DNA of 64,000 nt, from positions 6,494,626-6,558,625 of the forward strand of contig MU054220.1 of the NCBI GenBank assembly GCA_013239625.1. The letters run 5' to 3'. The translations under genes and the position numbers were made by a program. Of this stretch, positions 26,440-39,750 are shown in pieces. Numbering within the stretch: position 1 is the stretch's first letter; the number at the start of each line of letters is the position of its first letter. Under the pieces are notes generated by a model. That model was not told the origin of the DNA. It was given only the letters and a program-made list of their open reading frames with translations, and did not search any database. Origin of the DNA: Lama guanicoe. Its lineage: Eukaryota.

Positions 26440-26590
26440 CCTAATGTCTGGCTTCTGCCACTAACCAGCTGGGGGAACCTGGGTTTCTGGACCTAAGCCA
26501 GCATCTCAGCCTCAGTCTCTTCATTTCTCAAATGGAGAAGTTGAAAGAAACCATCACTAGGGCCCCTTCAGCTTCTGTATTGTGCAATTG
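26440..26590 (+). mobile_element. MIR (MIR3-like) fragment
   Basis: 'tctgccactaaccagctg...cctcagtctcttcatttctcaaatggag...ggccccttcagcttctg'. Confidence 0.6.
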
Positions 26591-28834
26591 TATGATTTTA
26601 CTTTCCTGAAGATTCTTGATTCTCTTGGACTATGATGCACAAGGATAGAAATGATCCCTCCACTGAATCCATCACTTTTCAGTCTGCATCTTGTGTGAGG
26701 TTCAAGGAATGCAATATTGAGGGAAAACAAAATAAAACAAAAAGAAAGTGGAATTAGATTTCATAGGCAGGAAGCTTATATCCTGATTGAAGGAGAGAGA
26801 TTTTAATGAGATGAACACAGAAATAATCTGTGGGTGGAAAGCAAATGGGATAGAGCTAGGAAAGAATTAAAAAAAAAAAGCACCTGCAGGGACTGCGTGA
26901 GCACACAACAGAAAGAATCTGACATGTGGACACAGGGACGAGGGATGGATGAGCTGGGCACTGAGCCTTGTTAGGGAGAGATTCTCTGGAGAAGTGACCT
27001 TTGGAAGAAGGAGATGATCTTGAGCCTTTTCAGAATGGCTTTGTGGTTGTGGTCAGTCCTGGGGAATCAGCAACTTCCTCAGAAGCATATGGCCTTGTGG
27101 TATACAAAGGTCAGGAAAGCAAACTACAGAGCCATATTTTATGAGTTTGCTAGAGTTGTAGGCACAATTCAAGATATGGGAGAGATTTTATTTCAGATCA
27201 TGAAATTTGATTTGATGGCATTCAGACTTTTATGATTAAGAACATGAATGCAAAATTGCTTTTTTTATAGCTTGGCACATCGTGGATTCCTCCAAATTAT
27301 GTTTCCAGATAGCAGGTAAGGCTGTGCATCAGGTCCCCCCTCCCTTATTAACACCAGGCTAATCTGAGTCATCGCACAATAATTACACTTGTTCACGTCT
27401 TGTCTCAGTTGATGCTCTTTCAGCGTCTGCCTTCTGCCTGTGTGGCAGGTCTGGACGAGTTTTAGGCAGTAACTGCAGCTTGTTGTACCTGAGGAGAGTC
27501 AGAATTGGGCATAATGGGATGCCCGGTACCTGGGCCTGGTGGTCATTCACTGCTTTGCGTAGTGACATAAATGACAACAGAAATGCTGCACATAGGTGGC
27601 CTTTCAGCCTACCTGTGATAATCAAGACTGGAATCCTCTAGACTAGGTCACCTGCTAATGGTAATTAAGTAAAGCCAGCAGCTTAAGACTTAATGAAGAA
27701 TATTTTCTTGCAGTTGCATTTAGAACATTCTGTGGTGTGGAGTTTGACTGACTTACAGGTTATGCAAATTAAAATATCTAGTATATAAATGGATATGGAA
27801 ATTAAGTTGAAAAGCTGAGACTTGCTGTCAGTTAAGGAGTCAGTCATGTACATGGTATTTGAAGCTATGAGGATGGTTCCGATCACCCAGGTAAAGTGTA
27901 TTCTTCATCATATTCATTTCAGAAATGAGCCCACTTTTGGGTAGGTGTATATATTTTTCATGGGACAGAATTACCTCATATTAAATTAAGAGAAAAATGT
28001 CTTCTATCTGACCATTTATGAATTAACTAAAAAAAGTTCTCAAATGTAATTATTGACCTATTTTCCATTAAATACCTAACCATGATTTTCCTATATTCAC
28101 TTTAAGATGGAATTGAAAGGAGAGCAGTTAAGTATGTAGTATTTTCTTACTTTTGTCACATAAAAAGTATAAAACATACTACTTTTCAGTTGTTGTCTGG
28201 GTCGTGTGAAGGCAATAGTCTTGTCCTATTTATTGCCGTCACTTCAGTGCTTTTAGTGTTGAATATAATTTAAGTGTAAAAAAATCATGCCAAAGGATTT
28301 TTTTCACCATGACATATAATGGACCAAATTGAATCATGCAAATAAAATATTATACAGCCAAATATTCTAACTAGAGAGTCTTCCTCAAATTCTCTTACAA
28401 TGAAAGCCCTTAGTATTTGTTTATATTCTGTGTTTATCGGCAGGGTATGTCATAGATTTACCACGTGGAGCAAATATGTGATTGGATGACTGAATTCTAG
28501 CACGAGCCCCTGGTATTTTAGGGTACCAGTGGGCTCCTATGGATTGGTATGCAGTTACATGTGGATGAACTAAATTAACTAGTCCTGGGATAAAACTCTT
28601 TGAAGAAAAGATAGACTCACTTAACAGTTATCTAGGCTGTGTTTTAACTTGAGAATTTTCTTTTTAATTGCTTGCCCTCAACTCTGGAAAGACCTTAAAG
28701 AATTAAGGGAAAATAGCATAAGGGATACGTTGAAAAATTGTATATTCTCTTTTCATCTGGAGATTCTTATAAGAATATTTATACGCAGGGCTTGGAAAAC
28801 TTTTGAGGGAGGTTTAAGAACTCCAAGACAATCT

Positions 28835-29010
28835 AGGTTTGAGTTTTAGCTTTGATTCGTACATTCTGTGTAACTCTGAGCAAGTTAGCTAATATCTCAG
28901 AGTTCATTTTCTTGTTTGTAAAACAGACATAACGTAACTATTTCAAGAAGTCCTCGTGGGGTATGATCACGTATGTGAAGCACTGACATAGAGCGTTGTG
29001 TGGAGCAGGT
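28835..29010 (+). mobile_element. MIR SINE fragment
   Basis: 'ggtttgagttttagc...tgtgtaactctgagcaagttagctaatatctcagag...tttgtaaaac'. Confidence 0.6.
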
Positions 29011-29529
29011 ACTCTGTCTCATTTCTGCTCCAGCAGTGGTCTGGGATTTGTAGTGATGAAAGAAATGATTTAACTTGTATGATAGCCATTGGCTTTTTGG
29101 TCTAAACTGAGATTTCCCCGTTTAGACACCTGCTAGAGGGCATTTCTGCCAATGGTTTCTCTATGAACTACCCCACGGAACAGTAACCGATTGAAAATAA
29201 ATCTTTGTGATTTTCTTAGACATTTCAATTCTGAAACTACACAACTGAGATGTGTAATTGAACATTCCCTCAGTCTTCTAAGCACTTTAGATTTGGATTC
29301 ATGTATTTCTGGGTCAAATGGCAGCCAATGGCGAGGGCGTATCCTCCTTCATCCTACATTAGTCGTTTGATTGATGATGGTCCCCAAAGTCAAAGTTATG
29401 ATGAACTTGATGTTGGAGACTGGAAATAATTCTTAGATGGCAGCTTTCCTCTTGCAACAAACTGAGCATATCCACTGCATACATTCAGCCATAAGCACTA
29501 AAAGATGGAGAAAAACAGCTTCACTTAAT

Positions 29530-29740
29530 GGTGGAGAGCCTAGATTTGGGAACCAGGCATCTGGGTTGATTCTGGACTTCACTGTTTATCAGATGTAAGC
29601 TGTTAGCCAAGTTACTTAAACTCTCTGTGCTTTTAACATCTGTTTTTTTTTTTAAAGATAGAATTGTGTAGAGTAAATTAGTAAAACTATGTGGAGACCT
29701 TACAGCAGTACCTGGCATATAGGTAATAAATAGATGCTAG
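29530..29740 (+). mobile_element. MIR SINE fragment
   Basis: 'ctgggttgattctgg...caagttacttaaactctctgtgc...cagtacctggcatatagg'. Confidence 0.7.
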
Positions 29741-30687
29741 TGATATAAGCATGTTTTCCATAGTCTGCCAAGAAATCACAGAATCATAATGGGCTGATGT
29801 CTGTCCATTGGGGCCACTGTCTTAGCCACTGAACCACCTGATTTGCATTTTTAATAGATAATGCGTTTCTAGTGTGTACAGTCATAGTTGAGAAATAATC
29901 TCCTGTTGATTAGCCAGTCAAATTACTTGAGTCACCTCTCCAGATCCCATTCAGTACATAATTAGTGTTTATTTCAATTTTGCTATTCATTATGCAAATT
30001 CATTGCAGGCGTGCTTCACCACTGAGGAGTATGTGGCTCACGATTTTTTTATTGGGGGTCATTGAGATGAAAGATGGGCAGGTAGAGGGGAGCTTCTGCT
30101 TAGTTTAATTTGGTGACACTATTCTGTATTTTGGGCAAAGCATCAGTACCACCACATTAGTTTTATTATTACTGTTAATTAGATGTGATTGTCAGAAAAG
30201 TGTTTCCAGTTGTGGAGTTGATTAAGTGATGATGCCTTTCCCCGCAGATTGATTTTTTGGGCCAGACTGGCCAAAGTATGGAGTCAACACACCCCGGGGA
30301 GGAGTGGTATGAATTAAGCGGTAGAGTAAATGTTTTCCATTTCCTGCTACATTATTTGATAATGAGATGTGCAGCTCTGCTGGAGCTGGAGGCAGCCTGT
30401 GTTTCTCTCTGGAAAGGAGTGAGATGTTCAGATGCATCAGCGCAGCCACTGTCCAAAAGGGAAAGCACCGTGAGCAGCTACCACCTGCTCAGAGGAATCA
30501 GCAGAAAAGTCAACCTTCTGTGTTGGGTTGCAGTGCTGGGAAAGGGTTTTGCTCTTGACCCCAGCATGTCAATGACTTTGTGCACTTGGCTATTTGAAAG
30601 ACCTAGTAAAGTGTTGGGAGACATAAAGTGACCTTGCTATGGATGTGTTTTAGTTACATATTTTCTTCCAGAGGAAAAAAAAATGTG

Positions 30688-30690
<3 letters not shown>

Positions 30691-30736
<46 letters not shown>
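30691..30736. repeat. (TATC)11 tetranucleotide microsatellite
   Basis: Perfect run read directly. Confidence 0.97.
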
Positions 30737-31979
30737 CTGAAGCAAAATGTACCTCACTGGATTTCTTGCATCTATTACATAGTGATAAAAGCCATGGCAT
30801 TGTAGTAAAATATACCAGCCTCTGAATCCAGGGTTTTGTTACAACAAGCAACTGATAAACTTGGGGCATGACACTTAACCATGCTATGCTTCAGTTTCCC
30901 TTGGGGTTGGGGTATGGGTAATACTGGGCTTCATGTAGCATTGTTAGGGATGAATTGCAACCGTGTCTGTTAGACACCTAGCATGAGGGAAGCGCCATGC
31001 ACATGCTTGTTTGCCTTCATTTCTCTAACATAGCGTGGACCATATTCAATCAACTCAACTTAACAGACATTTATTGCCTCCCAGAACTGTGGCAGGTTCT
31101 AGGAAAACAGTACCGGATAAGACAGACACGACCCCAGTCCTGTTTGACTCACAAATTATTACAAAGGCACAAAGACAAAAGGGAAATATGCTGGGTGAGG
31201 ATATAGCAAGGGAACTGAGAGCTCAGTGGTCAGGGATAGCCTCCTTGAAGGATTTTTCAATCTGGGATGTGAAGCCTGAGTAGGGGAATCAGCCAAGAGA
31301 AGGAAGGGTAGGGCTCAGAAAAGAGAGTGTTTCTAGTTTCTAGCAGAAGGCACACATTATGGGCACCTTTGAGTAAGTGAATTTATTGAAAATAAAAATC
31401 TAATTATTTTATGGAAGCATACTCACCCACCAAAAACAATCCCATGTGCATTGTGTTGGACACTAAAGCATGAAGTTTGAAGGCATGAATACAGGTGAGT
31501 CTGCAGCCAGGGAATGTAAGTAGCAATATTTGCATGGTTCATAAACTAAATCTGTTCACCACACACTTGCTCACACTCAGGAACAGTGATAGAATCTACT
31601 CTAGGGACTGAGGGAAATACAGTTAAACGTGTGTGACTTCACCATCAGGCTTTGAGAACCAAATAGATTCACTGCATGCCTTCTGTGTTCCAGGTTATGT
31701 GCTAAACATTTTACATCTCATTTCGCTCCATGAGGTAAAGGCTGTTATTTTGCTGATTTGGGGATAAATAAATGAGCCATTAAAGTCCATTTTATCATCA
31801 GTTGTCCAAGGTGACAAAGCTAGAACACAGCAAGAGAGACTTTGGGAACTTCATCGTTAGCCATTAAGCTATACCAAACCACCAGACACCCATTCTCCTA
31901 CAAGTTTGAGCCAAACTGAGCTGGACTAAATATGGCAGGAAGAGAAGGAAGAGCATTTGGTTTCCATGGAAATTCCGAG

Positions 31980-32175
31980 TGACCCGTGGGGAGGAGCCTG
32001 GGCCCTGGAGCGAGGAATTTAGAAGCTGTGTGGCATGGTACAAGTTACTGAAACTCTCTGAGCCTCAGGTTCTTCTGAAGTGGCAATATTAATAATTTTT
32101 ACCCTCATCTGTAGGTTATGAGAATAAAATACGATATTGTGTGTAACAAGCTGGGGGCATTACTTGGCACAGAGG
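31980..32175 (+). mobile_element. MIR SINE fragment
   Basis: 'caagttactgaaactctctgagcctcagg...ttatgagaataaaat...cttggcacagagg'. Confidence 0.6.
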
Positions 32176-32282
32176 AAATGTCACTTTCCATATCTACACA
32201 ACCACCGGAGTTCTCTGAGACAAGACCGTGAGCTCCTCCACGGAGCAGCATCCCTGAATCAGTACTAAAATTATGGGAATGG

Positions 32283-32756
32283 TCTAGGGGGTTGGAGCGG
32301 GTGGAAACTTTTCCTTCATCCCTTCCTGGTTTTGTGGCTGGCCTAATAATTAAATTGACGTAAGGCAGATTGACAAAAGAAAAAAAATTATTTCAGATAC
32401 ACAGAAGCTCCTAGAAGTATGAGACTCAAAGAGTGACCAAAGCCGGCAGTTCTTCTACCTTGTAGATAAATAAACCATAGATTTCTGAGGAATTGACAAG
32501 ACAAAGAAGTTTGGGCTTGGAGGAGTCAATTAGTAAAGAAGGTTTGTCTATACAGCCTTCTCAGACCTGACTTCCCTCTCTCTTCCTGGTGCAGAGAGAG
32601 CACCTTTTCACATCGGAGATTGATTTTTTTCTTTTCAAAGGGACAGAGGAGGGTCAGAGTGGCCTTCTGGTACCAAAGGCTTCTTAAGTAAATTTTTTTA
32701 AATTAATCAATATGCCAAAGTGGCATATTTGGGGCAACCTGCCCTGAACCCTATCA
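32283..32756 (-). mobile_element. ERV1-class solo LTR (MER34-like 5' end)
   Basis: Reverse complement begins TGATAGGGTTCAGGGCAGGTTGCCCCAAATATGCCACTTTGGCATATTGATT, a MER34-family LTR start; ~470 bp. Confidence 0.75.
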
Positions 32757-35700
32757 GAGTTCAGTAAATAATATCCCTCTTTTGTGCCTAAGGTCTGGAC
32801 TAATTGAGAAGTAAGTCAAAAGTAAGAGAAGATACTAAGGCATAGGGAACAACGAAATTACGTCTTTCTTGGTCGTAAAGACAAAAAGGACATCTTGGTG
32901 GTGTGTCTCCTAACAGATCTTAGTCTGAAAGTGAAAAAGGCAGTACCAGCTGAAGCCCGTGTTGGACAGACTTGCTGTCCAGCCACAGACGGTGCTGGAC
33001 GGCGAGGACCTGCAGCGCGGAGGGGAGGCAGCGGGCGCCTTCTCCCTGGGCCCCCGCGTTGGAAGGGAAAGGACCACATATTTTATTCCTCCTTACTCTA
33101 ACGATAGTATGTCTCCTACCTCACAAGAGGCAGAGTGAACAAAGTGGGTGAAGTGAAGCTGAGGATATTGCCTTGGCTTTCTGTTCAGTGGCACCAGGAG
33201 TGGGGCTTCAGTGTCCCCTTGGTGAGACCACCACTGGTGAGACCCATGAAGCCTCCTACGCTGAGACTTGAACGACCGAGCAGATTCCTCACCAGCAGGT
33301 CAGGGCTCTGGTGTGGAAACAGGAGTGTTGGGACTTCACACCCCTTTTCCTGCCCCTTGTCCTGGCATCCGGCTGACCCCCTAATGAGGGACATCTGTGG
33401 CGGTGGCACTGAGTCTCAGTTCCGGGAAGAACACAAGTCAGCCCCGGGAGAAGACCCTCGCCTCAAGCCCAGTTATCCTGAGTCCCTTCCTGCTGAGACT
33501 TTCGGTCCCAGGCTGGCCCACCAGCTGTGTGTTTGGTTCTTGATCTGCCCTGTGGTCCTTGTCACCCTGTCCCTCTGACCTCAGATTGAAGTCCCTTACA
33601 TGGTAGCTAGAGGCATAGGCATTCTACACTGGGTGTCCCCCTTCCCTGCAGGAACGTTTTCCTAACTAAAGGGGGAGCTGTGAGCTGATGGGCTGCCCCA
33701 TGCTGGGGACAGGGAGTGGGCAGATCCCACACAAACCACACAGGAGGCGTCAGGTACATGCAGTGTCTGATCAAAGCTCTGGCTGACGGTGACACGAGGG
33801 TCAGCAGTCAGTAGCAGTGGGTGTGGGGACAAAGGACTGATCCTAGCCTGGTGTCCTCCCACACTTAACAGGGTGAAAGGTGGGGTTTGATGTTAATTAG
33901 GTCTCTGACACTCAGGCAGCCCTATTGGGTTGAAAAAGTAGGCCAACGTTATTACTCTAAATTAGCAATTCCCTCTGCAAAGCGGAAAGACACTGGTTAT
34001 TTTCTCTTACATGCGCATAAGATGTACCGTATTCCACTCAACACAGCTAGCAATGCAATGCAAAAGCAGGTTGTGACAGAGCATTTCAAAAAAGTTAAAC
34101 TCCCACCGTCAGCATTTTTCATAGGGTACCTCAATGTTCATGGCCGTGATTTTAACTAAAAGGTATCTTACACCTGTTGGTTTCAGTGAGCTGCCTGTAG
34201 AAATGTTGTGTAGGCAGAAGTATTTAATATTACTGTACATTCAAGAGTAGATAAGGATCTTATTATGCATCTGGATTTAACAGTATGCCATTCAGAGAAT
34301 CTTAGGTAACATATGGGTGAGGATGAGCAGTATAACATTTTTCAAAGTTCTGCTAGTACCCTGTTCTGCAAGTTGTAACAATGCCTCGGAAAACAAACAA
34401 AAAGGAGCAGGAGGCAGTCCCTGATTACATCAGTTCAGCTAATTTCTCCGCTGTATGATTTCTCACAGTCTTTCTTATGTTAACGTTTCAGCATTAAGTT
34501 TAATACAACATTATGAAACATGTGGTATGGTTTTGCTCCACAGGACTGCTGCTTCATTTAGGTGACCTATAGCCCATACATATGTTTAAAACTAAAGTCA
34601 TCATTTCTTCCCACTCCTTGCAAGCCCGTTCGAGGATGCTTTTATTCCCTGCATCTTAATTAATGGAAGTAGCAAGTAGGTGTTTGGTAAGGATAACACC
34701 TGAGTCACCTTCATCTCAGCTTTCTGCCTTCTCTCTCCAGTCCATTAGTTTGGCCACCATATTGTATTGATTCTTCTTCAAAAAGGAAACTGAACTTTGT
34801 TTTTTTTTTTTTATTACTGTGCCCTTTCCTTTCGTTCATGCCCTTAATATCTCTCTTCTCTGCTAGAACTTCCTTCTCCGTGTTCCCGTAACAATTTATA
34901 CAAGCTTCTATTATAGCTCTTAAAAAATTTCAGGATAGGCATTGAATGTCCGTATTCCCAGCAAGACAGTGAATTCTGAGAGGGAAAAATACCATGTATG
35001 TTTATTATTTTTTATTCTTACCATAGAGCCAGCCACCCGCACCACACTCAGTAAGTTCAGTTAAACTGATGAATAAAGACCGGCATCCCATTCACATCTT
35101 TTCAAGCCTTTTAACACCAACTGGAGAAAAATGAGTGAATCCTCATTAGGATGTGTGGCCGCAGTTCATCGGATCAGCAACTCACAGGGAGAACAGAAAT
35201 TTGTAGGTGAAATTTTTAGCATTTTAATTCAAATGCTAAAAATGTTGAATAAATGGATAAAAATCTATATTGGGAAAATGTATACAAAAATCTTTGCTGT
35301 ATTTTGTATTTTAGTTCATATTTTGATGAATGCTATTATAAACGTCTTACCACAGAAGTACAGAGAGTGAAATTTGAAAGTTCTGGTCATACCTTAATGA
35401 AAAGAGACAATTTGAGAAAATAGAGACACAGGATGATTCTATTTATATAAAACAAAAGTGTGCACACTCACAGAGACATGCATGGAAAGGAAAAGGACTA
35501 GGAAAGTCCATGAAACGTGGTTCCATCCAGGTAGAGGAAGGGAATGGAGAGGGTAAGGGAGGCAGTGAACAGAGACTTCAGAGTCAAACTTCTCTTCTCT
35601 CTAGATTTTTCTCTGACCTTTATCACCCTGAAACAACAGCTTTGTTCTCTTTTTCAACTACCTAATTTGCTTATCAGCCTTGTCTGTTATGCCATCCAGC

Positions 35701-36169
35701 CCAGTTCTATGGAAGCCTGCTCTTCTGTGGATATGATCAGTTTCTTCAGGATCTGAGAGCATAACTTTAGCTCTTTCCCAATTGTCGGTTTGCTCTCTGA
35801 GGTCTGTGGTCTTGCAGATCTTATTTCTCCTGTGCATTGAATTTGATCATTTTCCTGGTGTTGTTTTTCAAAGGTCTGGGCATTCCACATTACCTCCTCA
35901 TCTTTAGACTGGAAAGCAACTGCTCTCTGATGCCGCGATGACCTGATTTGCCTTTGACAGTGCGTGATGGCCTGAATGAGGGAGGGGAGAAGGAAGGAGA
36001 GCATTGGTTCTGCACGTGGAGCTCCCTTTTTATTCATTTTTCCTTCTCCTCCCACACCCGCTGCTTTATCCAGGGGCAAAGATGTCAGCTGCCCTTTCTT
36101 TGTATACATTTCGGAAAGACCTCAAAATTCCTAAGGAACCGTCCTGGTTTCTAAATGATGAAGCGTAGC

Positions 36170-36400
36170 CTGAGAGCTAAAAGTGTGAGTTTTGGAATCG
36201 GCCTGCCAGGGAGAGAATCCTAGTTCAGCTGCATCACCGTGAGCAAGTTACCAATTGTTTTTTCAGTGCCTCAGCTTCCTTACCTGTAAAATGGGGGGAA
36301 AGTAATAATATCCTTCTCAGAGACTTGTTATGGGATAAATGTGTTAACTCATGTAAACAGCACCTGGCACACAGCAACCACCCACAAAAGGCGTGGTGTT
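36170..36400 (+). mobile_element. MIR SINE fragment
   Basis: 'gagcaagttacc...tgcctcagcttccttacctgtaaaatgggg...cacctggcacacag'. Confidence 0.75.
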
Positions 36401-36949
36401 GTCATTCCAATCCTCTTAAGACAAAAACAAGCTTACAACAACAACAATAACAACAACAAAACCCTCTTTTTTTATTTGAAGAGATTTTAGAATTGAGCTT
36501 ACTTGCCTGGGCTCAGTCTACCCACTTGGGGCAATTCTCTTTTAACGTTTTAAGTCTCATTTTCTGGATATAAAACAAAGCATGCATATTGAAAACATCA
36601 TGTCAAAGCCCAGTTAGGAAATGAATGAAGCCGTGTGCTTGGTTTTCCTTCTGTTGAGATGATGATTTTGCCTGTCCTGTGCTTTGCAAGATATGTAAAC
36701 TCTTGTTACAAGATTATAAGAGCCCAAACATAATTTTTTTTTTTTTGGTTACTTCTGCCAGTAGTGGCTTTAAGAAGAGCAAATCCTGCTTAGGAAGACA
36801 TTGCACGGTTAGGTGCGGTCCTGGTGTGCAAGTATTTGTGTTTGGTATGGCTTTCCTTTGCTGTATCCATGCAGCCTTCATGGTCTGTCTCCTTTGTTTC
36901 TCTACTATCCTTTTATTCTGCAGTCCCCCTCTCTTCCTCCAGTTCAGTC

Positions 36950-37370
36950 GCTCTAACTGATCTGTGAGCAGGTTGGCCATCCTTCCATTAAAAGGTCTTT
37001 GTTTTTGCTCTTCTCCTGACTGGGAGCACACACCTCAGATATCTGCCTAGCTAATTACCTCGCCTCTTCCAAGCCTTGGCTCCAATCTCAGCCTGTCAAT
37101 AAAGCTCATTCTGATTACCCTCTTTAACACAGCAACATCTGCCCTGAGCTCTCTCCATTTTCCTTGCCATACTTTTGCTTTTTTTAAAAAAAACTCTATC
37201 ACCTTGCAACACATTAGGTAATTCACTTATTTTTGTGTGTGTTTATTGTAATAAAAGCTACACAAATGGAAGATATTTGCTCTGTGTGCTGATGTCCTCC
37301 CAGTGCCTAAAACAGTGCCTGGCCCACAGTAAGTGTTCACAAGGTGATTTTTGCAAGTGGTTGTATAAAT
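36950..37370 (+). mobile_element. L2 LINE 3' fragment
   Basis: Ends 'cccagtgcctaaaacagtgcctggcccacagtaagtgttca'. Confidence 0.75.
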
Positions 37371-38789
37371 ATGTAGAATAGTGAGCAACTCACGAATGCC
37401 AGGTGTGAATATTTTTAACCTATTTGTGGAAAAAGATCATCAAAATGTTGACAGTGGTGACAGCTCTACCAGCTCATGGTGAAATATTAAAGAGACCGAG
37501 TCATTTTTGTTTATTTCTAATGAGCAAAATATTTATCCCAGATCCAAGTATACTGGCAAGGAAATGAGTGACACATTGCAATTAAGGTGATAGTACTGCC
37601 ATTTGCAGTCAGTTTCAGGGGTCATGTTGGGTTATCATGTCCTCCCTCACCTTAAAAATGTCAGACCTTCCGTCATACGATTGCAGCGATGCTGGGGCAG
37701 ACATGCATGTGCTCTGTTCCTTCTATTCTGTGATCTCTTCTAACAAGTCTGTTTATTTTTGCTTTGCGTAGATGGATCTGTGGGTTTTACAAAGAGTTGA
37801 TTCAGATCATTAAATCCTACACAAGGCTGAATAACAAAACAGAAAAATCTGTCCACAAAATGCTAAAATCCTTCCTCTGACTCAGAACCTTGCTTTTCTC
37901 AGTCTTTGAGTCATCACGTGGAAGATGGCTTTATTTGTTTAATTCCAGATTTATGGTGGCTCTTGCCTGAAATAAATGCATGCAAGGAGGAATAATTTAT
38001 CGGGTGAGAAAGATCAGACTTTAATTTGCAAAGCCATAAAAAGCTTAAGTGGTTTTCACAACGTAGGAAGAAAGAGAGAGACAAAGAGAGAGAGATATTA
38101 GTTATATTCTATATATAATATCCATAAGCAATTCCTAATATAAGAATAGCAAGAATAGGGAAAGGGGAGAGAGCGTTTCTGCAGAGGTCTGCTTTAGCTG
38201 CATGAGGAATGGCTATGTCCCGTGGTACACTGCTCCAAAAGCTCTAAGCTGATAAGAACCCATCATTTGAGGATGGAGAGCAAGGAACTGCTTTTTAGGA
38301 TTGCCATGGAGGGAGGCAGGGCAACATAAGCAACCCCAATATTTGAGTCAGGCAACCCCATCATTCTTCATCCTCCTCCTTTAATGCCACCACAAGTGAA
38401 CTAAGTTAAAAAACAATATGCTTAGTAGGCAATGAAGTGTCAAGATAAACGCCATCCCAATAAACATATAACATGTGTAAAATAGGTTCTTGATAAAGGA
38501 ACTTCAGGTGGAATCTCCTGGCTTCCTTTCCAGGAAATCTGCTACTCCTAGGTTCAGGGTGAATAGAACTTCCGGGGCTACAACTGCCTGTGAAGTATAC
38601 TTGAAGGTACATCCTGTGAAGGTATTGGTAGGAATCAAGCAAAGAATTCCCTCAAGCTGTGGTTGGCAGGAGTGGAAAGTCCCTAGGGTTTGCACTGCCC
38701 TAGAATCCAAGCTCAGGAAGAAGACAATGTTAGTTTATTTGCAACACGGAGTCACCACATCAGAATCAGCTGTCTGGACTGTCTAATCT

Positions 38790-39001
38790 TAACTTTCCTT
38801 CACCTGTATGTCAAATATCCTCCTCCTCTTCTAAAAGGACACTTGTGATGGTACTTAGGGACCAAGCAGCAATCCAAGATGACCTCACTTCAAGATCCTT
38901 AAATTAATCAACGTGCAAAGACTCTTTCCAAATAAGGTAACATTTACAAGTTCCAAGGATTAGAACCTGCTGTCTTTGGGGCCACCATTCACCCAACTCC
39001 A
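38790..39001 (-). mobile_element. MaLR (MLT1A/B/C-type) LTR 5' half
   Basis: 'aaggacacttgtgatgg...aagatccttaaattaatc...gcaaagactctttccaaataaggtaacatttacaagttcc...ggggccaccattcacccaact'. Confidence 0.8.
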
Positions 39002-39314
39002 GTGGGCAAAGAAGGAAACCCTAAGAGTACAGGATGAAGAGCCCATCACTGTGGTAGGCATGATGTTAGTGAGAGAGAAGAACTATTATGCCACAAACTA
39101 CCATTTTTAGTAAATTGATTTGATGATCATGGGGAGTATTTAAGCACAGTGCACTTCCTAGCCTAAGACAATCCTGTATTTGCTTCCTAGAAATGTATTT
39201 CTTATTTATTCCAAAGCCTGCATAGATTCCACATTGTACTTCAAATCTGAGGTTACTCAGAGTTTTTTCTTCAATTAAGTGATGAAATCTTCCTGGTCTC
39301 TGCTATAAGCTTTT

Positions 39315-39750
39315 GATCAATCATTCACTCATAAATTTATTCAGTACACATTTATTGAATCAACAATGCAAGCCATGTACTATATTCTAAGGATACAAAG
39401 ATAAAAAAAAATTACTCAAAGAATATCCAGCTCAGTTGAGTGACGTATGCCCTCAATATCTAGCAAATGAGGAATATTCAGTGTGCTATGGCAGCTCTAA
39501 ATTTGATGTAATTTAATAGTGCTCTTATGGAGATGACAGTTTTCATCAGGGTTTTGAAGGGTAGTGGAGTTTACAAGGCAGCATGGAGGAGCAGGAAATC
39601 CGGGCAGTTGGAACAGCATGAGAAACTTGTGAGTTACTAAGAATTATGGATTTGGGAATCTACAAGTAGCTTGATTCACCCAGAATGTAAAATGGGATTG
39701 GTAGTGGAAGATTAAGGTGAAGAGGCAGGCGAGAGAGGCCTCTGAAAACC
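39315..39750 (-). mobile_element. L2 LINE 3' fragment
   Basis: 'tcattcactc...catttattgaat...taaggatacaaagataaaa...gggttttgaagg'. Confidence 0.55.

Noticed and set aside
27271..27315. 45-nt micro-exon candidate (ttttatAG...cagGTAAGG)
   Set aside because: Sequence resembles a decayed L2/MIR terminus (cttggcacatcgtgg) and the peptide is not recognisable; cannot be supported without RNA data
30257..30631. 124-aa ORF after an acceptor-like ccccgcAG
   Set aside because: No recognisable homology and no good donor
33130..33590. GC-richer block with a 147-aa ORF, possibly an ERVL LTR
   Set aside because: Could not assign termini, TSD or family; ORF unrecognised
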